Shown piece after piece: positions 55,018 to 64,000 of a DNA stretch of 64,000 nucleotides. The stretch covers positions 64,001 to 128,000 of IMG/VR virus record IMGVR_UViG_3300029288_000001. One strand, given 5' to 3'. A program made the translations under genes and the position numbers. The notes beneath the pieces were generated by a model. The model had not been told where the DNA came from. It did not search any database and saw only the letters and a list, made by a program, of their open reading frames with translations. The stretch comes from a virus. Lineage: Duplodnaviria; Caudoviricetes. Numbering within the stretch: position 1 is the first letter of the stretch; every line of letters starts with the position of its first letter.

Positions 55018-57472
55018 ATGATAGATTAAATATAATAATAAAAAACAATTATTTAGTTTTTAGTTTTTGTTCGCGATACCATTTACCCGCCATTTCGCTA
55101 AAATGGTTCGCTTTCTTCGCGTTCTCGCAGTTTTCTTCCTTGTTTTCTATAAACCCTTCGAAATTATGCCTCTTACATAGCCAACAAAACATCGTTTTTG
55201 GTAGATAAAAGTCCTCGTAATAAATACAGTCCATACATTTTGGTGAACATTTTATGGTCGGATGCTTACCGCACTCACACGAAAGCGTGAATTCTGGTGC
55301 TTCTTCCACATAAATATGTCCACATACTTCGCAAACCTTATATTCGTGCGATCCAAAAAGCTTTATATTCTCTTTACAACATTCCTTCGTTTTATTTTTC
55401 ACCTTCTTTATTAAACCTCTTTTCTAATATAACGCCTAGCTCGTCTTCCAATCTATCGGCGATCTCTTTTAGTTTAACCTTTACTTGCTCGAACGGAACC
55501 TTTACCCGTATCTTATACATTTCCTCGGTGTATATATAGTTATGAAATTCTCGGAAACCATATTTTAGTTTCTTGTCTTTTCTCTTCTTAGTTTTTTTAT
55601 GGGTTCTCCCAATCGTAAGAACGGTGTGAATCTTCGTGGTCTGGTCGTCTATCTTCTTAATATCGATCATTTTTTCGTAATTAAAAGAAGGATTTATATT
55701 CATCTTACCGATCGTTAATCTGGTTTCGTCCAAACTACGGTCGTCCGTTCCCAATCTTCCCATTCCAGCGTCAAAATATTTTCTCATTGTATAAAACTCC
55801 TTTTTTATTTATCGTTCGATATTAGAATAATTGGTGGTTTTTTGGTATCGGTGAGTTTCCGTCTCATCGGTGGGAGAATGAGATCCTCCCCACACCACCT
55901 AAGTTTTGACTCGAAGCCGTCTCAAAACTAGGAAAAAGACGATATTAGAAAAAAATAAAATAAAAAAAAATTAAGATTTGTCGATAATCCACGTATATTC
56001 TAAGTCCTTGCCTTCTAATAGAACTTGCGGTTTATAGCCCAGCTCATAGAGGATCTCCTTAGAAACCTTCTCTCCTGCCATGTGCGAGGTGGGAACATCT
56101 ATCAATTTCACTACGATCACCGTGCCTTTAAAACTATACCCTGCTAGGTATTTTATGTTACTCATTGCCATAGGTTATTCCTCTAACACATCTAATATTT
56201 CTTTCAATTTAGTTAATACATCGCCTTGATCTAGGTCTTTCGTGCCTATCTTCCCGTAGAGGTCGTTTACCAGTTCGGTAGCCTTTTGTTTCTTCTTCTC
56301 GTTCTCGTTGTAGCACTTCTCACAATACACCGAATCGTCCGTAGTCCACGCGCCGTTCACGAAGCATTTCACTATAAAATAATCGTCTCCATCCGTGATA
56401 GGATCGCCACAGATGTCGCAATCGAATAATTGGGTCATTACAACATCCCTCCGATCGTTTTGACTAGCTGGTCTTCGGAGACCTTTCCGAGAATGAAGTC
56501 GTTCAAGCTCTGGTATAACATCAGATCGTCTTCGGGCAACATTTCTATAATCCGCGCGTAGTCTACCGTTTCGATATACTTTTTCTTAGCTATTTCTTCC
56601 ATTTCCTCTTTCATTTCTACTACTCGATCGAAAATATCCATAGTTCTATTCCTCCAACGGTGGTAATTCCACCTCAATTGATTTTAAATAATTCCTTAGT
56701 TTCATAACCCTACCTATCCTCTCCCTCTTCTCCTGCTTATCGTTACGGAAGCCGTAACGAGTAGACGCAAAGAACGTCCATATCCTGAAATCGTTGATCG
56801 CATAGGATGTTAGAATAGCATTACAAAAACAACAAATCACATCTTTTCCTTCTTTTATACCGAAGAAGCCACAGATAGGACAGGTTCCTTCGTCGTCATC
56901 ATCCCAGTCGTCCTCGTCCTCGTCCTCATCGTCGAAATCATCATCATCGTCAAATCCATGCTTGTCGTCCTCGTCCCAGTCGTCATCCTCGTCCTCTTCG
57001 ATAGGTTCTTCTTTCTTTTCTTCTACCATTCTTATACCTCCTTATACTCGCTACATAAATATCCAATTAAATTCCAGAAAGCGTTAAACTTACGATCGCT
57101 TTCGCATTGAAAAATCGTAACGGATAACGCTAAAGAATCCCATACTTTATTGAAAGCCTCGCGATACTTACAGATCTTAAAATATCCGCAAGTAAAACAC
57201 GATCTATCTTTTACTTTTTCCATTTTTATTCCTCCTTTTTAAGTTCTTGAACAGGAAATTTTATGGATACTTCTATTTTATCTATTAATTTGTCTGAGGA
57301 CATACAGGTTACGGAAATGTCTTTAATTGTTCCTTCTCGTATCTTCTTCATAATTACATCGTTCACGATCTTTTCGATGTTTTCCTTTGTTTTATACGCT
57401 AATAACTCTAATTTGTTTTGTTTTTGTTTTGTCATCTTTTCCATTTTTATTACCTTTTTTATTTTTTATATT

Positions 57473-57506
57473 GCCTCCCGTCGGACTTAAACCAACAATA
57501 GGGGGC
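57473..57506 (-). ncRNA. tRNA top-half-like mini-helix 4
   Basis: GCCCCCT-ATT-GTTGG-TTTAAGT-CCGAC-GGGAGGC. Confidence 0.65.
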
Positions 57507-59130
57507 TTGTTAGTTAGATTAAATAAAAAAATGATTTAGAGTTAAGATTATCACCAGCTATCGTGGATGACCACATCGCACTTGGGACAAGCGTAGAGCT
57601 TCATGTCTTCCGAGATCTTCTTGAACTCTTCTTCGTGTTCGTATTCTAAAGTCATTTTTTCGCCGTTCCATTCTCTAGATTTATGACCGCACACGGGACA
57701 TTTCATTTCTTTTTCGCCACCTTCTTTCTAGTGCATTTACTAACATCGATCAACTCAAAAGATACTTGATACCCTTTACAATACCTTCCTTTCAATTGGT
57801 GCATACAATCCTTACATTTTTCGTTCATAGTTATAGATTCCTCCTGAAATATTCTAAATCTTCTACTGGAATCGCGATCCGCCCGTGATCAGGACATCTT
57901 CCCGAATGAGGGCACACCGCGTTGGTTTCTTCGCATACTTCGTGGTGGTGCGGTTCCGTATGAAACGACTCTAGAACTCTTCCACACCAGCATTTTGGTT
58001 TCTGTCTCTCCATATTTATTCTACATCCCCGCGTTGTTTAATGGTAAGGGCTATTTGTTTGATTTGTTCGGGATCGTATTGTTCGAACCATTCGCCTTCA
58101 TCGTTCTGCGATTCGCCTCTATCCTCTAAATTATCGAGGAAAGCATCCTTAGAGCCACAGATGTCCTTCTCAATAAGACAGAACGGAGCGCACGGATCGC
58201 CACTGACAGATACGGGTAATGTAGAGTATCCTGGACATTTGTTAGGTAGCATATGAACCTCCATTTTCTTGTAGCGTAAATTAGCGTCTCGACAAAAAAC
58301 ACACTTTCCCATCGCATCAAAGGACATATTTTCGTAGTCTTTCCACTTAGTTTCCCACGATTTCTGGTATAGTTCGCGTCTTCTCTTTACATAACATTCT
58401 GGACATAATTCCATGTTCTCTACGGAGTGGTTCTTACCACATTCATCGCATATTCTATGCGTATCCACGAAGAACAGCTCTCCTTTGTATTCCTTGTTCA
58501 TTATCATTTATTTTACCTCCAATGTGTAATAATACGGTTCTCGGCAGTGGTATTCAACCGCCTTGTTAAGAGCCGCTTGCAACGCTTGTCTATACTTATC
58601 TACATAATCTGGTAACGAGTCCAACACTTCCTCCGCAGAGGCGTCCGCCATCGTGCCGAGGTTCCAGACCGTAAACTTCTTGACCTCTCCGTTAGTACCG
58701 TTTATAGAATAGCTATATATAACGACTGTAAAATCCTGACGGTGGTGGTCTACTACGATCTCGATAATAGGTTTCGAAGTCGCGAATACAGCGTGGACTC
58801 CTTGCGAAAGAGAGCCTCTCCTCGGAGTCCTATACGGTTTCAATGGTTCTCCGTTATCTCCACATATAATCGTAGCGGAACCGGTGTTAGTCGCGCCCCC
58901 GCCTCGTTCTTCCGCGAGAAGACGGAAATAATACTCGAATCCTTCGAGACAATCCACTTCTACCTTGATCGTGGACTCGTCAATCTCAAATGGCGCACTT
59001 ACACAATGCCCTTTGAGCGTCTGCCAAAACCTATCGGTTCTACCGACTGGGAAAGGGGGCATTTTTTCCCCTTTTACGACAATTTGTTTTGTTACCACAA
59101 TATCAACCTCGTTTTCTTATTTTTTATGAA

Positions 59131-59163
59131 GCCTCCTACTAGGGTAAGCTAGTATAAGGGGGC
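59131..59163 (-). ncRNA. tRNA top-half-like mini-helix 5
   Basis: GCCCCCT-TAT-ACTAG-CTTACC-CTAGT-AGGAGGC. Confidence 0.6.
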
Positions 59164-60044
59164 ATGGTTTTTTAAATAAATAAAGGAAAAAACAAGAGTT
59201 AAGATTTCTTTTCTGGTTCTTCCACTATCAATGCTCTTTCAAAACATTTCGCACATACTAAGAATCTTTCGTCCTTTCTAATCTCCTCTTCTAAATGCTT
59301 GGGAACTTCGCGTTCGAAACAGCCTCTTAAACATCTTACTTTCATATTTTACCTCGTTAGTTTATTAAAACATAAAAAAAATTAATTAATTCTTTCTGGT
59401 TTCCTTTTATACTTCTCTTCCACGATCTTAAAACATCCTTCTAGCGAATTGGCTGTGTCCATGTCTCCTTTATACCATAGCGGATACGAAATGACTTCGA
59501 CCATCCGTTTATTATTTAATTTATTTATTATATAATACTGAGCGTCTACCGTCCATAGTCTCATTCCGTGATGAAAGCTTATTTCCAACACATAAACCTT
59601 TCCTTCGCATTCGAACTCTTCCGATACTAATCGTGGATACTCTGCCTTCTCCCACGCTCTGTTTTCGATCTTCAATATTTCCGTTATAATCGCCTTCAAT
59701 TTTGGTATAATACTTTCTTACTATGGAATACCTCGTGATCGATGTCGTAGATGAAATCCTTCTCGAACTCGTAATACTCGTCTTCTTTCATTAAATATAC
59801 CGTGTCGTAGAAACAATCGTCTCGGATAACATTATACCCTCCCGAGAACACTTGTTCCCCGCTATGTCCTGCGGTGATAAACCATCTTCCTTCGCTGTCC
59901 TTTTTAATCATACCGTATTTCTCGATGCCCCTTATCTTTTCGAAGTCCATTCCCGAATCGAACATGAACTTAAAGGAAACGGAACTATCTCTAGAATAGA
60001 TGTCCGTAGCCGTTATAATAACCACTCGTTTCTTATTTTCCATT

Positions 60045-60656
60045 TTAGATCACCTTTTTATCTTCCTCTATACCATTGTAATTGGAGCTAACATCCTTTA
60101 CCACAACCCCACCTTCAACCTTATATGTCCCTTTGAAGCCCATTCCAGCTTCGTAGTATTTCATTTTGAATTTCAATATTGGAAACTTATTGGACATTTC
60201 CAATATTATCTCGCAGGGAGGACTCCACGCGCTAAGGAAATTGAAATACAGCTCGTCTCCGTGATCCTCGAACTCAACCTCGTCTCCGATGTTCCATTTC
60301 GTTCCCCAATTAGAAAAACACCAATCGTAGCCTCCTAGATTGAATCCGTCCATTGCGTAGCGATACCTAGGTTCTTTCCTTTTCGTATCGTACATCGGTA
60401 GACCGTAAGGAAACAAAAACTCGGTCATTTCTTGGTGTCTAAGAGCTTCAAACCGCCTCTTCTTTGCGGGTCGTTGCCAGAACTTGTCAAACGCCTCGTT
60501 CCATTTCTTCGATCTCTCATCTAAGTCATTGTATATTTGTGGATAAGGTTTGTATTTGTTAAAGTCTATTTCGTCTTGTCCGTTGTAGTTTAAAAAAGCC
60601 TCTAAGTCTTGGCGTTCTCCTACCACACTTAGATTACACTCGCACCAATTTGGCGT
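60045..60656 (-). CDS. DUF1281/YubB ferredoxin-like protein; apparent ACG start
   Basis: Family N-terminus (M)PNWCECNLSV.G begins at ACG 60656; GYDWCFSNWGTKW, FLSAWSPP, YYEAGMGFKG. Confidence 0.8.
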   Translation of the reverse strand, partial: TPNWCECNLSVVGERQDLEAFLNYNGQDEIDFNKYKPYPQIYNDLDERSKKWNEAFDKFWQRPAKKRRFEALRHQEMTEFLFPYGLPMYDTKRKEPRYRYAMDGFNLGGYDWCFSNWGTKWNIGDEVEFEDHGDELYFNFLSAWSPPCEIILEMSNKFPILKFKMKYYEAGMGFKGTYKVEGGVVVKDVSSNYNGIEEDKKVI

Positions 60657-61730
60657 TTTATTTCTCCTCCTTATCTTTTATTACTGTCCATCTCTTAAAA
60701 TCGAACTTCCCCTTCGAAGCACAGCTCTGGTGGGCGTAGTAGGAATTCGCTAACTCGTTCCCAGCCCATTCGTGTATTTGGATAAAATCGTCTTCGTCCT
60801 CTTCTATTTCCGCTTCACACACTTCGCATATTCGATCTCCCATTTAGAACACCCCACCTAATCTCTTTTCTTTCAATATTTCGTATAACTCCGCGATCAA
60901 CTGATCCGCGTGATCGTGTTCTTCTTGGCTTCTAAACCCTTTCTTAATTCCTTCGGCTATTGGTCTTAACCAATCTAATATCTTGTCGTGCTGTTCGTTA
61001 GTGTCCATGTATTCGTTGCATATTCCCGCGAGATATATAACATCCACATGTCCTATGTGCTTAGACATATCAGAAAACATCTTACACACATCTTTATGGA
61101 TACATTGACTACAAAGACATCTCTTTTCCACCATTTTACACGCCACCTTCCTCGAAATATATCTTCTTTAGATTGGCAATATCATCTGGTAGAGGTGTAT
61201 CACTATAATCATTACTACTATCGTGGGTTTCCAAATTACAGATAACTTTCCATAACTTATCTAAATTCTCTGGTCTCATTCCCATTTTTATTACCTCTTT
61301 ATTTTTGAACGGTGTTTTTGATTTAAACAAGGTTTAACCTAGACGCAACACCAAACCTTGAGAACTAATATTAGAAAAAAATTAAAAGTCCAAGATATGA
61401 GCTAATCGTTTCTTCATTTCCTCTTCCGACATATACGAACAATCGTCTTCTGGTCGATCTAAGAGAGTATCCACGAACAAGAACGCGCGGTGTGGCGATA
61501 CTTTTATTACTTGTTTTATCTTTTCGTGATCGGTGTCCACGATCTCGCAGTAGAGCCAATTACTTCGGAAGCGAATGTAGAGCTTATACCATATAACGAT
61601 ACCGTTAGAGAACTCTTCCTTAGCCTCCGCATCCCACTGGGACGGATACGATACGCCTTTATTTTCCAGCTTCGTTATTTTTAATTTATAATTAATCATT
61701 TTATCTTTACCATTTTTATTTTAATTGATC

Positions 61731-61765
61731 GCTCCCAGCAGGACTTAAACCCGCGTGAAAGGAGC
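61731..61765 (-). ncRNA. tRNA top-half-like mini-helix 6
   Basis: GCTCCTT-TCAC-GCGGG-TTTAAGT-CCTGC-TGGGAGC. Confidence 0.6.
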
Positions 61766-61830
61766 ATACTAGTAAGTAAAATAAAAAAAAAAAGAATTAG
61801 ATTTTACGGTTGAAACCGCTAAATATCTTC

Positions 61831-63093
61831 CTATAATTGTTCTAAATCCCCTATGGGAACGACTTTCCGTTTGCTCGGACTCGAACTCCTCTCTGTTTTT
61901 GAGCGAGCGACTTCAATGAAATCCTCAGGGTTCTCCTTGGGTTGGATCGATTGCTCGAACTGTTCTGGCTTGTCGATGATTCTCTGGGCGATCTCGTTGT
62001 AGGCTTCCCTCTCCACTAATGTTTGCGCCTCTTTAGAGGCTTTCATATTCGCGCACGCGATTCCAAAGACATTTTTGGGATACCCTTGCGTCTCTATGAT
62101 CTCGATTAGCTTATCCGTCTTTTCTTGGCTGATGTTAAGAGAAGCCCGTAAGTCGTATTGTTCAAAATCCTTAAGCTCTAACCACTGTTCGGTCGCTAAT
62201 CGTTGGAATCGAGCGTCAAACTCCTTCGTCTTTCCCAGCACCTGATTGATTACATATTTGATCTTGCGATCGAGAGAGGCTTTCCCTCCTATGTGGGGGA
62301 TGTTCGCCATCGTTTGTCGCGTGGTTCCGATCACGCCAATCTTCAAGCTCGGAATGTAGATCACCGAACCAATTCGAAGCGAACTAAATTTGAACTCGGA
62401 GTTAATAAGATATACTCCGCACACGGTAAGATCGGACTCTGAATTAATGTCCTTCCTGCGGACATAATCGATCTCTGAGTGGAGCGCGTCAGCGTGGGCT
62501 TCTAAGAAATCAAGCTCGATTTTAAGCTCCTCGAAAGACTTCTTCACATCAGTAAAGGCTTCGAAGTCGCTAATATGGGTAAAGAACTCCGTTGTGAACG
62601 CGCGAAAAGAACCTTCTTTAGTAAAGCTGTCATAAACCTCGTGGGCTATGATTGGCTTTGTTCTGGTATTTTCCGTCCTTCTAAATCGCCACACATCCTT
62701 CACGATTTGATTATATCGTTCTATATTGTCGTGTCGGTCTACCTTCACTTTTACTTCTTTACCATCAACCACCTGAACCGCGTATGGGTTCAAGAGTTGA
62801 TCGATCGCAACGGAAGATTGGATCAGTTTGGTAGTGTCGCCTATCCCTAAGAAACTATTAAGATGGGACACAGCGAAGTATGGTGCGGGTTTGGTGCGTT
62901 TCGATTCGTTTTCCAGCTCAACGGTTAAAGGATACACGTCAAGACTGGCATCGTAGCTAAAGTACGGAGGTTTAAGACATTTCTTCCTCAGCACTATTCT
63001 ATCCTCGAGGTCTTTTAAAATATCAGCCTCCGAAGGATAGTGGTTGGTGCGCTCCATTAAAGGAGCGACTTGGGCAAATATATTATTAGCCAT
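61831..63093 (-). CDS. DUF932-like mobile-element protein
   Basis: FRAFTTEFF.HISD and GVYLINSEFKFSSL motifs; carries NPEDFIEV near the C-terminus. Confidence 0.5.
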   Translation of the reverse strand: MANNIFAQVAPLMERTNHYPSEADILKDLEDRIVLRKKCLKPPYFSYDASLDVYPLTVELENESKRTKPAPYFAVSHLNSFLGIGDTTKLIQSSVAIDQLLNPYAVQVVDGKEVKVKVDRHDNIERYNQIVKDVWRFRRTENTRTKPIIAHEVYDSFTKEGSFRAFTTEFFTHISDFEAFTDVKKSFEELKIELDFLEAHADALHSEIDYVRRKDINSESDLTVCGVYLINSEFKFSSLRIGSVIYIPSLKIGVIGTTRQTMANIPHIGGKASLDRKIKYVINQVLGKTKEFDARFQRLATEQWLELKDFEQYDLRASLNISQEKTDKLIEIIETQGYPKNVFGIACANMKASKEAQTLVEREAYNEIAQRIIDKPEQFEQSIQPKENPEDFIEVARSKTERSSSPSKRKVVPIGDLEQL

Positions 63094-63181
63094 AACTTTT
63101 ATCCTCTTTTGTTTTCATTATTTTTTTTAACTATTAGTAATAGATTATTAATTTCTATATAAATATATCTTTTATTGTAAT

Positions 63182-63199
63182 TTGTCGTTAATTGTCGTT
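63182..63199 (-). promoter_or_regulatory. tandem AACGACAA boxes upstream of a TATA box
   Basis: Minus strand AACGACAATTAACGACAA followed by TTTATATA. Confidence 0.55.
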
Positions 63200-64000
63200 T
63201 TAAACGATAAAATATAAAAAAAAGAGTTTTTAATATTTCTTTTCATCTATTATTTCAATGGTTATTTTAAAAGGTTTCGCGCTTTCCTTGTTGTGATCTT
63301 CCACGAAATCGATCACCTTGTCGGCTTTGTCTTCTTCGTTGTGTTCTATTTCAACGACTCGAAGCGGGGGAAATTCTCCTAAATAATCTGGTAATTTATA
63401 GTCCTTATACCCAGTAATAATTCCTTTAAATGTAATCTTTTTGGTTCCACTCATATTCTTGCCTTCATTCTTTTAACGGTTCTAAGTCCGAAGCGTCAGC
63501 GTGGATCTCTTTCTTCACGGTGCGAATCTGGATGTCTTTCAAGAACGATGTCCACTCGCCTATCTTCTTGTTCGCTAGCGTATCCATCTTGTTTATGTTC
63601 TCGAACACATCGCCTTCCGCCAGCTTCTCTAACATAGGTAGAACATCGCGGTAATTATCCTTCCGTAAGGAAATGTATAATACGGGCTTCTCGTTTTCGT
63701 CTCGTATTTCGATACCCATTTCGAAGTCTTGGGGGGCGATTGATATTATAGGATATGCCGCTCGCACGAAGTCTTTAAGTTGAGGGGCGGTTTCCCGCGT
63801 GAATATTCCTACGAGCATATTACTTGCACACCCCGTTAAATCCGCATACGCCCTTGTGGGCATCCCCTAGCTTACTCATTAACTCCTCTAACTCGGGTGC
63901 TTCGCCTTCTGAAAATAACACGACCTTGTCCCCGTCTTCGCTAATCCAAAACTCGATCTCTTCCATATCGATTATCTACCTCTTTATCGCGTTGTTTTGC

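Noticed and set aside
55850-55875. Hammerhead ribozyme-like CCGATGA...GAAA on the minus strand
   Set aside because: The core is not CUGAUGA, no stem II can form between the motifs, and the segment folds as a plain hairpin
56900-57000. TCG/TCA-rich low-complexity repeat
   Set aside because: It simply encodes the Asp/Glu tract of ORF 56646-57029
63203-63220. Possible self-target of an array 3 unit (predicted GTCGATAAAATATAAATA versus AACGATAAAATATAAAAA, 15/18)
   Set aside because: Low-complexity AT-rich match, plausible by chance. Only a few guides were checked by eye, so self-targeting remains untested.
1-64000. Plus-strand ORFs in the ORF track (for example 1146-1838, 26826-27254, 32881-33384)
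   Set aside because: Antisense shadows of minus-strand genes, Ser/Phe-rich, with no recognisable motifs
1-64000. Genome-wide C-to-U editing or an alternative genetic code
   Set aside because: RadA, MCM, Cdc6 and Dam translate intact with conserved Trp, Cys and Met under the standard code; only a few start codons are affected

Overview
AT-rich window in which essentially every credible gene lies on the minus strand. It has archaeal-type replication and recombination genes (radA, mcm, cdc6/orc1 beside a candidate origin), two DNA methyltransferases, an Rnl2-type RNA ligase, HNH nucleases, RHH/wHTH regulators, one tRNA and roughly 100 short, often Cys-rich hypothetical ORFs. This fits the early/replication region of a large archaeal virus or extrachromosomal element. 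An Asgard (Lokiarchaeia-like) host is my inference, and no capsid or terminase gene is visible. Main results: (1) an RNA-guided TIGR-Tas-type system, with a nuclease-less Nop/IS110-fold protein (TasA-like, 30696-31916) between two 36-nt dual-spacer arrays (22 and 15 units), a third orphan array of 22 units about 24 kb away, and a location between a wHTH/ParB-like gene pair and the candidate origin; (2) a 31-nt bulge-helix-bulge (tRNA-type) intron in a protein-coding methyltransferase gene that also carries a LAGLIDADG intein; (3) six dispersed tRNA-top-half (7+5 bp) mini-helices in 5' leaders; (4) a tRNA-like element plus two covarying stem-loop units with variable loops in front of a 655-aa TerD-like gene; (5) a shared PEDF[MI]EV peptide in five unrelated proteins; (6) several apparent ACG start codons. 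All calls come from manual motif reading; no searches were run.
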